DNA of 64,000 nucleotides, filler included, from Perkinsus olseni (Eukaryota): NCBI GenBank assembly GCA_013115125.1. It is 7 parts of 7 records of this genome, joined end to end, with 100 filler letters (N's around TTAATTAATTAA, not from the genome) between each part and the next. Parts side by side here need not be neighbours in the genome. Positions count along the whole stretch, not along the records: positions 9,283 to 18,457 come from JABANN010000927.1; positions 18,558 to 27,728 come from JABANN010000928.1; 5 more parts are not named here. One strand, 5' to 3'. Shown piece by piece: positions 12,500 to 24,811 of this stretch (position 1 is its first letter; each line of letters starts with the position of its first letter). The notes under the pieces were generated by a model. It saw only the letters and a program-made list of their open reading frames with translations, ran no database searches and was not told where the DNA came from. The position numbers and the translations under genes were made by a program.

Positions 12500-13636
12500 A
12501 TGAGTTCGGTGGTAATCCCAAAAGCTCGTCTACTCCTTAAAGCCGGAAAGGATGCATTCTTGGATCCTAATGTAGTAGCAATGTTATCATGCGTCTCCCG
12601 TCTATGTCATCATCATCATCATCGTGATAATGCTTCTTGTACGATGTTTTTGTTGATTCAGATTGGGTGGAGAACGACACATTTCTGGGGTCCAGTGGCC
12701 AACTGGACTATAGCATTAGCTGGTATAACGGATTTAACTACTAAAGGCCCCGAGTACATATCACTGCAAATGACTGGGACATTGTGTGTCTACTCGGCTA
12801 TGTTTATGAGGTTTGCATGGATGATACGTCCTAGGAATTATATACTATTCTCATGTCATATATTTAATGAGGTAACCACAACAGCACTAAAACTATCATC
12901 TCAACTGAGGTTTATAAATAGATCAACTCTTCAGGGGGTACAATTGACACAACTCTACAGAAGGCTCAAGTATGATAGAGAACAGAAACAACAGGAACAA
13001 GAGGAGACTGCCACTTCCCATGATGATAAGTCATCTACTAACAATAATGTCATGATGTGTGCTGCTACTGCTGCTGCTGCTGCTGCTGGTAATACTGATG
13101 ATAATCATCATGTTGTTAAATAGTTGTTGTATGATTGTCAGGTTTTGGTATTGTACCGCGTCTTCAACGACGTATTTCTGCATTACCAATGCCTTTGAAA
13201 TGTAGAGCATTCCTTCAGCATCCGGCTGGTCCCTTTACAATCTTCTTCTGGGCCCCAACCTGTAAATGGGGGCTTAGTGCCGCCAATTTATTAGATTATA
13301 AGAGACCAGTAGAATCGGTCAGTGTACCACAGCAACTATCACTTCTGGCTACAGGTAGTAATAATGACCATAATACCACTGTTCACGCTAACCATGAGCA
13401 TCATAGGTGCTATATGGTGTCGATGGTCTTTCGTGATATCCCCTGTTAATATTAACTTGGCTCTGGTTAATATGGCATTGGCATCATCCGCACTCTATAT
13501 GTTAGCCCGCAAGGTAGTAATGAAGGTGAAGATGATCATCTTTACAATCATCATCATCATCATCATTACTCAGTATGTATACGATCCCTTCCCCACCACA
13601 AGAGAGCACCAACAGCACCAGCAACGAGACGATTGA
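12500..13636 (+). CDS. MPC1-MPC2: Mitochondrial pyruvate carrier, single-chain MPC1-MPC2 fusion, copy 2
   Basis: ATG 12500, intron 12572-12661; THFWGPVANW...PRNYILFSCHIFNE; intron 13089-13141 joins in frame to HPAGPFTIFFWAPTCKWG...ISPVNINLALVN; intron positions shared with copy 1. Confidence 0.88.
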
Positions 13637-13819
13637 ATGGGGAGTTTGTATCGAGCTTTTTCATGGTATCATCATCAGGGGGTGTAATGGAAGGCTTTGT
13701 GCACAATGTGTTGCTGGTACTCGGCTGCTGCTGCTGCTGCCGCTGTCATGTTATGTGTTATGTTGCGCTAGAGTAACTTCATATTGGCAAGAACTCCACA
13801 TAACTTGTCTCAATGGCAT

Positions 13820-16689
13820 TCAACCTTCATCCACGACATCATCATTATGTCGAACTCTACCAAATGTAACCCCTCCAATGCAACGTCTGCTTTGAGCATC
13901 GACAACTGGTAATGATGCAGATGTTACAGATGGATCATTCACAGCATTCAATGTCATACTAGGTTCAGCAGATAATGATAATACTTCATCATCCGCATCA
14001 TCGACCTCTTCTTTGCTGCCAGTTAACCCGTTACTTCGTTCATTGTTGAACCTCACATCATCATTTTCACTACTATGATCGTCAACTTCAGGTTTCCTGT
14101 GAATGTTTGATACTCTACTATCGTCACTAAAGAGGTTCGTTGCCGCTGCTGCTGCTGACGGTGATTGCGGCGAGAGTGATAAGGCGGCATTCCCGAAGAT
14201 CGACATGCCTCTTTTAATGGTTCCTGTTATCGTCATTCGACTTATCATTACACTCCGTCCTCGTTTTTGCTCTCTACTTTCCGCTACGAAGCAGGTATGA
14301 ATACACTTTTCCCTTTACGTTGTCTCTGCTGCTGCTGCTGCTGCTGGGATTTCTTCCCTTCACTCCCGTCAGAAGCGGAAACTGGGAAGGTAGATGATAC
14401 TGAATGGTAGGGAGTGTTTTACCTAGGCTCGAATGTTGATGTTCGCTGATTTCATTATGCAACTGTGATGCTGTAACATTATTCTCCTCTCGTACACTCC
14501 CATTCCCGTATAACTTCACCTGGCAGGGACATCTATCATCATCATCCTAGTAGTAACGTTACGAGTATATCTTGAGTTACGATCTTCTTTGCAGCATCTG
14601 TTACTGCTCTTTTACTTTCCAATGTGCTTGCATAAGTCAAAGCGTATTGTGAATCATTAGAGGTCCTCACTAAAGGGTCAGCTTTTGATTCAATCAGCAT
14701 AGTAGTGATAGATGCCGAAGCATTCTGAGGATGATGATTATGATGATGACAAGACGAGTATTATCATCATCACAGTATGGTGTAATACATATGCTATCTT
14801 CCTCTCGTTCTTATACTTATATTCTGCTTCATCACATTCACATAATGCCGTTAACGGTGTTTTTAATGTTGCTCTTGGTGCTCCACACAATACATTTACT
14901 GGTATACCATGCTTCACTAAAGCCTCTATTGTTTTGTCGGTTCTCCTGTCTCGTCTATGCATAACCTATTATGATGAGCATTGATGGTGGAGATATCAAC
15001 TCGGTTATTGTTATTGTTGGTGTTATTACCACTGTATGCAATGCTGAGAGATTATGTTGCTCATCTATTATATTGTCGATTACTCCGCCATACTCTAGGT
15101 ACAAGGACATTGAATCCTGGTTCAACCTACTTCGCTGGCATAGTCTATGCAAAAGAGGTACCTGATGATGTTTTTGTCGTTGATACATGATGAATAGACC
15201 ACTACTATTACTACCCCATCAACAGACAATTCATTAACATCAGCATCGTATTCTATAAGGAGATCGACTCCCTCTCTACTACATTATCCTGTATTCATCT
15301 CCAAAGCCATCTGTAATGATGATACGTCGCTAATAATAATAATAGTATCATGAATACTACTACTACCATTAAGGGCGTTAATCCTTTCCCATTAGCTTGA
15401 TGGAGTAAGACCGTCCTTTGGGGCTAAATCAGGATAAACTTTAGTAGATAATATGTATTAATGCAGCAACATCATGGTGCCCCTTATGAACTGCATTATA
15501 CAGAGGTGTTGTCCCAGTTTTAGGATGAATCTAAGAACAACAATAATGATGATGATGATAATAATACTGTTGATGACGATGTCGGGGTCGTGCAGGATGT
15601 AATTACCCATCCAGCTTCACACCCTCCTAGTAGGGCATCTCTCACCCCTTCTACATCACCCGCTCTAGCTTTACTGTGGATATCCATTGTATCCAGTAGC
15701 ATTTCAATTTTCTTCAAGTTGCGTGATCCTGAAGAGATAACAATGTTGTGGTATGATTATAAGACGACTACAAGCATTAGTACGTGCAATGTCCTTTGGG
15801 GTTAGTCCTTTCTTATCGGCTTATTGAGCATTGGCTCAGTGCTTAGCTAACATCGATACCAACTTTTCTGCAACAACAGAATATAATGCATAATAATACT
15901 GTATCATTAATACAACTGCAAGTACATCGACCTCGTGCCGTGTGATGATTATTACTATCTTCATTATAGACAGCTATATGTAGAGCTGTCTTGCCATCTT
16001 CCAATTCTGCATTAACATCGGCTTCACGCTCCAGTAAGGCTTTTACTACGCCACTCGATTTATAATAAGCCGCTATATGTATAAGATGTTCTCTTGTCTT
16101 GGGTGCCTAGCATACCATCATCAACATAGTGATAATAGAAAAGGGGTCTTATTATTCCGTGGCACCAACAACTTGAACAACAATTTTGATAACGATTACT
16201 ACTACCCTTGTTGTGATATCTATGAATTTCCTGGCTAGTAATCTGTTCAACTCAGCATCATTATTATTGGCGCATGCAATCAAGGCAGCTTCTTTGAAAT
16301 AGAGCTTTAACCTAATTAGGATGATATCAATGAAGATGATTATGGTGATGAGCGGTGGTTTACCAGTCGGAATTGCCATATAATTGTTCTTGTAATGCAT
16401 TCCTTGTGATGGTTACCACTTCAACAAAGGTTTGACATATAGCTGTCGCCCTTCGGGATTCATCAACGAACATCAACGTATCAGACATCACCTGATGATC
16501 AACGTCGACATTACCAAAAATTAACAATCATAATAATCATGAGTATTATTATTATATCTTTCTCACTATAGAGAACTTCACTACGATGATGTGGCTTACC
16601 GTACAGAAGAGTTACACCAGGTATTCCAGTAATTCCATTCAATGGAGGTACAGTTGGATCTAAGGGGAGGTCATCAACTGGGATTCCAC

Positions 16690-16738
<49 letters not shown>

Positions 16739-18347
16739 GAAGGAGGAAGGAGAAGAAGCTAGTGTTGTTACCATCATCATCATCAGCACCATCATCACCC
16801 AGTGTATAGCGCATACTATCACCAATAGCAGGATTCATTCTAGCAACATTCCCTCCCATACGATGGGCCACCATACCTATAATACGATAGACTACGACAG
16901 AGTAGCAGAATACGTCCTACTTAGAAGGGTAGCCCTTCGGCGGCCTCCTCGCCTTGATCGCCGCCCACACTCTCGCAGTGGTCCCATCACTGCTAAAGGG
17001 ACCTACTCCAGACGAAGGTTGTGTTAATTAGGTTCTTGTTAATGACGACTGGAGTTCATTGGTGATTACCCCAGCCAGCAGATTGTTGTTGTTATCAGCA
17101 TATCCATCAGTAGCCCAACGACCTAATGCTGCATTAGCTACTCCTCCGAGTACAGATGTACCTGTGAATGGTGAAGGGCTAATCAATGCTAACCTGATGA
17201 CGATGAATAAAATGGATTATATTATTATTAACATCGCTACTACGTGGATCTCTGTCCTTATTGCTAGCCATCTTATCGAGATCATCCCTCCCTATTTCTC
17301 TTATTTTGACCGAGGTTATCCAGTACGTACTATTACCAAGATCCCCTTTGTAGTAGACTATATCCATTGGCGCATAGTGGACCTACAGAAGTAGTACTGA
17401 CGCTCATGAAGCCAGCAGCGGTAGCAGCAGCAGCACTTACAGTTCTCGCGATACTACAAATTCTACCAAGAAGATTACGCGGTAATAAGCTCAAAAACTT
17501 CACCCGTATCAACAGCTTGCCATGTAATTGCAGTAATACCTCGTTTTGCATGGATGATGATAATGTAGCCATCATCGATTGTAATACCTACTATGCTGGT
17601 AGTAGTAGTACTACTATTAGTAGTACTTGGATGTTATTACCGATGTTGTTAGATCTTTGTCGAATTTATGGTGATCAATGTATCTCCTAACCTTAGTCTG
17701 CAAATCATCTTTTATACAATGACTTCGCATAAACTGAGTATACCTGGTATGAGTAATAATATTAAAATTATGTGGTATGAATAGTGGTAGTGCACCAATA
17801 TTATAATCATCATTACTGTTGATGATGATGGTGTTATTACTGTTTCATCTTTGTCCTGTGATAACTCTCATGCTCATCATATGATGCCATAACCCTGGAT
17901 ATCGCACCAACTACGAAAGCATACCTGCACGATGATGCATGCTACTAGAGTTGGACAGTGGAGGTGAGGGGAGTGGTATTCCACAACTCCTGATATTAAC
18001 ATTATGGCCATCGTGAAGGATCTTTCCAAAGTATTGGACGGGGATATGTCGAAGAAGCCAAAAGTGGTCATCATACCGATAGAATAGAACATTGAATGTG
18101 CGTACCTGATAATGACAATACCAATTAATACTTGTAACCACCTATTCAAAAAAGAACTGTTACTTACGGTGTTAGGTTAGAGTCAGTAAATTGGTGAGAG
18201 AACTTGAATGGCCAATACTCAGTATCAGCACCATTATGATCATCAGTCTTTATGTTATTAGCATCTACTCCACCCAGTAGCCACCATAGACATGCAACTA
18301 TGTGGGCCAATAGTAATAGAAGGCATAACAACTTACCACAAGTATAT
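13820..18347 (-). CDS. Cyclic-nucleotide-binding-domain cation channel with C-terminal ankyrin repeats (KCNH/plant AKT-like), 5' truncated at contig end
   Basis: S5 LLLAHIVACLWWLLG; pore SMFYSIGMMTTFGFFDISPSNTLERSF; CNBD IVYYKGDLGNSTYWI; ankyrin-like segments around 15520-16100 (DIHSKARAGDVEGVRDALLGG; ADVNAELEDGKTALH). Confidence 0.78.
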
Positions 18348-18386
18348 CTGACAATAATGACCATGTTTTACATCATCATCGTCGTC

Positions 18387-18387
18387 G

Positions 18388-18457
<70 letters not shown>
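18387..18457. repeat. (GTT)n microsatellite at contig end
   Basis: Tandem GTT running into the linker. Confidence 0.95.
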
Positions 18458-18557
18458 NNNNNNNNNNNNNNNNNNNNNNNNNNNNNNNNNNNNNNNNNNN
18501 NTTAATTAATTAANNNNNNNNNNNNNNNNNNNNNNNNNNNNNNNNNNNNNNNNNNNN

Positions 18558-18628
<71 letters not shown>

Positions 18629-18629
18629 C
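18558..18629. repeat. (AAC)n microsatellite at contig start
   Basis: Tandem AAC units. Confidence 0.95.
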
Positions 18630-19710
18630 TAATCAGAGTAGCCCTACTGATTCAGGCTGGCCCATTGTACTTCGTCGCAGTGCGATTTTACTGCCGGTTG
18701 AATACATATACAATTTATATGCTATGGTATCATGCTACATCCCAGCGGAACTTTGAATGGTTTTTCGAGTCCTGATATCTCTTGCATTCTCGAAATGTGA
18801 TGAACCGCATGGCGAAGTAACATCAACCAAGGAAGCCTTATCTGGCAGGGACTCGTCACGGAGTGTATCGCGAGAGACAGGAGGTCTCATCTCTCCCACC
18901 TTGGACCCGGTCCCCTACTAGTTTTGATACCTTCTCGTACAAGGACATCAATTATCGCCACTCGCAGCGATGCATCCTCACATTCACGGAGTGTTATGTT
19001 CCGCAGCATCCCTATCTTCATCGTACAGCTGTTGCATGGATGGCCTCGGCACCCATTCTGTAGTGCTATTAGAGCACCGCTCTGGATTGACATGCGGGGC
19101 GCTTCCGTGCCTCCTGGTGAGTCTTGTTCCCCGTTCTTCCGTACTCCTACTGCCCCTGGACGATGCCCTTAACTTAAGGGCCTTAAGGCATATTCATTCG
19201 CTTCTGGTCCTTGGAACCAAGATGTTACGCGGCCCTCCGTCACTGGACAGAACCCGACAGGACAATCTTGAGGGAGGCTGCGAGTTTCTATCGCAACATT
19301 TTCCAACGCTATATGCTAACGATCAACTTCGGGCTTATAGCACTTACATCTGGTTCAACAAAGGTGAAGACAGATGAGCAGCATAACGACATAATATGAA
19401 TCAGCGTGTAACCGATACACATGCCGCCTATACAGCACGACTTATTATTAACAAAGTTGACAACCTGCTGCATACAGCGCCTATCCTCTGATACGACAAA
19501 GCCTTTAGTACAAAGGTGAAGGCAGAATCGGCTCGGAGACATAACGATCCACCAATGTGACTAATCGATCATCCGACGATACACAATTGAGTGGCACGTC
19601 TATACACGATCACGGATACAACGACATGTGCCGGTACGAAGAGTACAATAACACCATGTGCCAGGGGGGCATTTGTTTAGACACCCGTCCAGAGCACGAA
19701 CTTGAGCATC

Positions 19711-21617
19711 TGTTATATGGAGCCGTTATAGGCTTAGCATAAGTGATTAAGCTACTGAGTATTGCTGCTTTGATGTCTCTTATGTATGATAATGCTGAGG
19801 GCTGAGAATGGCATCCTTAGTGTTGTCTCCACAGTTGCGCTGCTTTGCCATTAGCTATGCTGCCTACACAGTTGCACGCATACTCAAGGCTTTCTTGGCG
19901 CCTCCCTTCACTCTTGTGTTAGAGTCAACTGAGGCACGTAACATCTGGTGCCCAGACCCAGGACTCGGCTTTCTTGGATAGATGTTGGCTCCTTAGTATA
20001 GAGGTCCTCCTGAGCAAGAAGAGCACGTACGCGGTCAACGTCAGACTGGTGCTTAGACGCTGATAGGGTGTGAGTAGGTTCTGGCCTACTAAGGATGAGT
20101 TGCTTGCTGTCAACTCCTCTGTGTCTCGTCCCTTCATTGATAAGGGTGTCACGGAGTCTGATGAGGGGCTCTTATACTATAAAGGGTTATTATATTTGCC
20201 GGTGGTATTCCGCGCCAAGCTTGTTCGTGGGGTTCATCTCTCATTACTGCATGCAGGCTCTGCTGATGTTGAGAGTGTTGTTAAGCGCTTCTATAATTGG
20301 CCACGCATGTCTGATGATATCAGAAATATTGTTGCTACGTGTACCAATATGGCTTGTGAGAGGAATAAATCTACTCCGTCAAGGTTCACAGCAGTGTCAC
20401 CCCGTCGACTTGCTACAAGTTGTTGGTCGTGTGTCGCTGTTGACGTCTTTCACTGCGAGGGCTTTCCTATACTCTCTATTATTGATGAGTATAGCAGATT
20501 TGCCTTATTACGGTTACTCCAGTTTGAGAAGGCTGATGACGCATATGATGCATTGATGAGCTGTTTTGACTGCCCTCTCTTTGGGTATCCACTATATTTG
20601 CGAGCTGATCGAGGTATTTTCGTAGCTCTACGTCAACGACTACGTTTGGTGGGTGTTGTATTGGTGCTTACGTCCGGGCATCGGCCCATGGCCAATGGAG
20701 TTGTGGGGCGTCTACACAACACAATTCGTTTACGTCTGTCTGTGTTGCTGTCTTCTGACTCTCTTACTTCTCGTCTTGCGAAGGTGATCGCTACATATAA
20801 TGCTAGTCCCCATTCTTCATTGGACTATCGTTCTCCGTCTGAAGTGTTCCTGAGTCGACCTATCAGGGATGAGTTTCAGCTCCCTTTACCAGTTCCTGAT
20901 GTGGATGTCTCACCTGATCTACCTACCTTTGATAGAGATGATCATGTTTGGCTTCTGAAGCCTCCGAATGAGCGTAGATCTGGTAGTCGCTTCTATGATT
21001 ATCCTTTCAGAGTAGTTGAATGCTCACCGTATGCATATAAGTTAGTGAGAGCTGATGGAACTGGGAGATTGGTCACTGCTACCGTTGATCGTTTGGTCCG
21101 GTGCAGACAGCAACCTAACTCAAGTATGGAAGCTGTACCTGCAGGCCCTACTACTCCACAGTCGCAGGATGAGTTATTTCTTGAGGTTGCTTCATCGTCG
21201 TCTTCGGAAGAGTCAGATGAACAGCCCATTGCAGTACCTCAAGTTGCTGGTCATTTACCCCCGCGGAATCGCCGTCCTCCGGTTAGGTTTGAGCCTGGTG
21301 GAGACCCTAGGCAACTATCCTTCAATGGTGAAGGTTATGCTTTAGACTAGTGTGTTCGGTCTACTTCCGAACAGGGGGGCGAGTTGTTATATGGAGCCGT
21401 TATAGGCTTAGCATAAGTGATTAAGCTACTGAGTATTGCTGCTTTGATGTCTCTTATGTATGATAATGCTGAGGGCTGAGAATGGCATCCTTAGTGTTGT
21501 CTCCACAGTTGCGCTGCTTTGCCATTAGCTATGCTGCCTACACAGTTGCACGCATACTCAAGGCTTTCTTGGCGCCTCCCTTCACTCTTGTGTTAGAGTC
21601 AACTGAGGCACGTAACA
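19711..21617 (+). mobile_element. Internally deleted LTR retrotransposon (Ty3/gypsy-type integrase only), 1.9 kb
   Basis: Two apparently identical 233-bp LTRs (19711-19943, 21385-21617) with TGTTA...TAACA ends; PBS TGGTGCCCAGACCCAGGA after the 5' LTR; polypurine tract gaacaggggggcgag before the 3' LTR. Confidence 0.92.
20070..21350 (+). CDS. Retroviral-type integrase (H2C2 zinc finger + rve core); third catalytic residue E changed to G
   Basis: GLLYYKGLLYLP...HLSLLHAG...WPRMSDDI...CTNMAC; WSCVAVD, LRADRG, NGVVGRLHNT. Confidence 0.85.
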   Translation: MSRFWPTKDELLAVNSSVSRPFIDKGVTESDEGLLYYKGLLYLPVVFRAKLVRGVHLSLLHAGSADVESVVKRFYNWPRMSDDIRNIVATCTNMACERNKSTPSRFTAVSPRRLATSCWSCVAVDVFHCEGFPILSIIDEYSRFALLRLLQFEKADDAYDALMSCFDCPLFGYPLYLRADRGIFVALRQRLRLVGVVLVLTSGHRPMANGVVGRLHNTIRLRLSVLLSSDSLTSRLAKVIATYNASPHSSLDYRSPSEVFLSRPIRDEFQLPLPVPDVDVSPDLPTFDRDDHVWLLKPPNERRSGSRFYDYPFRVVECSPYAYKLVRADGTGRLVTATVDRLVRCRQQPNSSMEAVPAGPTTPQSQDELFLEVASSSSSEESDEQPIAVPQVAGHLPPRNRRPPVRFEPGGDPRQLSFNGEGYALD

Positions 21618-21737
21618 TCTAACATCTATCCAAGAAAGCCGAGTCCTGGGTCTGGGCACCAGATGTTACGTGGACTCACTCCATATTCAGCACGCTTTGT
21701 GAGCTCATCCCGTCTAGCTTGCCTCCATCTTTAGCGT

Positions 21738-22841
21738 TCATGTGAACTGCTTGTCGATGCTGAGAAGAAGTTTATTATAAACACTCATCGCAGTGTTTCT
21801 TACAAAAAAGCCTCTGCTTGAGGTTTGAAGAGCAACAACCTCATTGCTGGTGCCGGCGTAATAGCGGTCGAGGGCCTCATGAGCGATGGCGAACAATGCT
21901 TTATTCACATCACCATCAGCGGACACGTCCTTGCGGGCGAAGGTGCGAACCAAAAGAGGTTTGTCTCGGGCAGGTTTTGTAATGGTTATGTTCTTCCATT
22001 CATCATCGAGCTTGGTTGCGTGATGGCGGCGGAGTTGCTCATTCCCTATCGCCTTGATGTACTTCTTACACTTATTCTCAGTGGCCCTCTTATTGCCGTA
22101 CAGGGAGGGGTCCCATACATCATGGTAACGTGCATCCAGATCATGCAGGTTGAAGTAGTGGATGATCATACCATCTTTCTGTGGAGTGGGCTGACAGTAC
22201 GTCACGAATTGCCTCTCCTCCGCTATGCTAACATATGTAAGCTCAGCGTAGAACTCTTCCTTTTTGCCTTCTTCAGCAGCAGCAGGAGGAGGTAACATCA
22301 TAGCCATCTGGGGCAAAAAGCAGAAGGGATCTGGCGCTGCTCTTGCTGAATGGATCAAGCTTACACCCGGGAGGGAGACGAGCTATCACTTCCTCGACAC
22401 TTGGCCCACAGAATCGGTCTCGAATGAATCGACAGCTGAGAAGAAAATACGAGCACGAGGTAGCGTGCAGCCTACCAACACAGGAGCCAGCATTCAAATA
22501 TGAGCAGGCCGAAGATCCAGAAACGCATGTCAAGGATGTCCAGGTGCTCTCTGCTCGGGAACAACTGAGCAACGGCGCTGGATCGGTTGAACACAAGAAC
22601 GCAAGGATCGACAACGTATATAACGCACCATCTCCGACGATGACCTTAGTCTCAGTGTTATCCTTAGTATAGGTAAAGCTCAGTGAGCACGTTGCCGAGT
22701 CCTGTAATGGATGGTATCGATAACTTTCTGACGCCTCTAGCTACTCACTGTAGTATCCTTCGCCATAGCAGCAGTAGAGGCAACAGAGCATGGAGCTGTC
22801 GCTAGCAGCAGCAGGAGGATGATGGAGGTGTGATGGACCAT
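21738..22841 (-). CDS. Secreted protein family member 1 (possibly chimeric or truncated)
   Basis: Signal exon MVHHTSIILLLLLATAPCSVA; core RYHDVWDPSLYGNKRATENKCKKYIKAIG...DDEWK...VNKALFAIAHE. Confidence 0.6.
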
Positions 22842-23176
22842 TATGGTGTACAGAAGGCTACTAGGAGCATCACAATTATCATCATCGAGTGTGTTTGCGT
22901 TGCTCCAGCTCGAAGCGCCTGCTGCTATCGCAGGCTCGTTGAGAAGAAGTTGGTAAAACAGCAGCTTGACGTCTCCCTGACTCCTAACCACCACAGCCCT
23001 CGGTAAACAGAAAGAATTGTAGAAGGGCGAATATGCCTAGCGTGTCGTGGAATCTTACATGTTACAACACAACACAGTGTTGTCAACACTAATAACATCT
23101 TATCACATGAACATGAACATATAAAGATGATATATAGATAGAACGTGAATTATGGGATGTTAATTCTCAAGGCTAG

Positions 23177-23209
<33 letters not shown>

Positions 23210-23212
<3 letters not shown>

Positions 23213-24364
23213 GTGGTAAAAGAAGGCAATACCAGTAAGTCCAACATGGGTCGCTTTGACTGCTTTAGACAGCTGGTCTCGAACATTTCTCTCCGGAACT
23301 TCTACATTCATCTCACGAGCTCTCCTCTTATTGAGTCTATTCAACCTTTGGGCTCTGCTTACCACATTCAAACGCATCCTTTCGTCTGGATTACGATGAG
23401 GAATTGTCTCAACCCTCTGAGCCTCTTTAAGAGCTTCTACGTCAATGGATGGGAGCTTGTCGTGGCACATACCCCTGATGAGTTAGTAGTTTGTGTGATT
23501 GGAAGTGGTTGAGTAAGGGGAGTCACTCACTTCGGATTAGTGGTAAGATGTGTGGTGATCCTCTCCAGCTCGCTTCTAGGACCAGTAACGTCGACCCCAA
23601 GCATTTCCTGATCATGATGATGAGCATGAGAGGCGATAAGTTGTTGCTCACATGAAGATCCTCAGACTTCGTTAAAGCACCTATCGCGTAGCGACCACCA
23701 ACTCTGTGGTACTTAATGGCCTCTACAGCGATCCCGAAGAGCGCTTTGAAGCTAAAAGGCTTATCAGTAGCATAAGAAGGGGTTCTAGGAACTTGGATCG
23801 CTTTCCACTCCTCCTTCATCTTGCCCTTCTCAAATGCGTAAGTGCCTATCTTCGTGATGTATTTCTCACACGCCTCCGTAGTGGCGTCATAGCCGTATTT
23901 AGAAGGCCGCCAGACATCATGATAGCGTCTATTAAGTTGATTGAGGGTGAAGTAGTGAGTAAGGGTACACACATCCAGTTGGCTGAAGTGAGGAAGTTGC
24001 TTCTCAGAGGACATATCGTCATTGGTGCTGCTGATACTGATACTACCTGCTTGTTACATACTCATCAGCAATACTAACATGAGTAAGCTCAGCGTAGAAC
24101 TGGTCATTTCTCCCTCTACTAGTTGGTATCATCATGGCCTCCGCTCCGACGACAACTTTCGTTTCGGTTTGACCGCTCGAATAAGTAAAATTCAGAGAAC
24201 ACCTCACTGAGTCCTGCAATGGACGCTATGAGGTACTGACACCTCTAGCAGCTACTCACCGGAGGGTCGACTTCCATATCGCTGATCGAAGAGATAGCGA
24301 GAGAGCGTCGACCTGTCGCCAGAAGCAACAGGATGGTAGTGGATGTGTGTTGGTAAGTCACCAT
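23210..24364 (-). CDS. Secreted protein family member 2
   Basis: Signal exon MVTYQHTSTTILLLLATG; core RYHDVWRPSKYGYDATTEACEKYITKIG...EEWK; C-terminus KAVKATHVGLTG. Confidence 0.7.
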
Positions 24365-24811
24365 GATGAAAAGAACAGAATAAGAGGCAATAGCATCATG
24401 AGCCATCCTCTTCGTCTTTATTTACTCAGGAGTCAATAGATGGTCTTGCTAAGGTGTAAGATTTGCGGACAACTGAGAATACCGAGCCGCACCTCCGACT
24501 AGTGCGAGGTCCGAGATTATGATGATGCTAGGGGGAGGCACTGCCTCAGCATCAGTGTGCCTCCGAGGCACACTTACACTATACAACGGCAATTTGGCAG
24601 GGGCAGCGCACGATTAGGAATCTACTGAGTCAGGTCCGGAGATATAGCGATGACAAGGCGAGGGAGCAGCGTGTTGTAGACCATAGCAGAACATACTGTA
24701 TGTGGTAATAACGCAGTATTAAGTTCATCATAAAACATCAACCACAACAACATGTTGAATAACATTAACACAGCACCAGAGACGAGTCCACGCCTACTTC
24801 TATGATGCTCA

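Noticed and set aside
18387-18629. (GTT)n/(AAC)n apparent inverted repeat or telomere
   Set aside because: The two tracts lie on different contigs either side of a linker and are ordinary microsatellites
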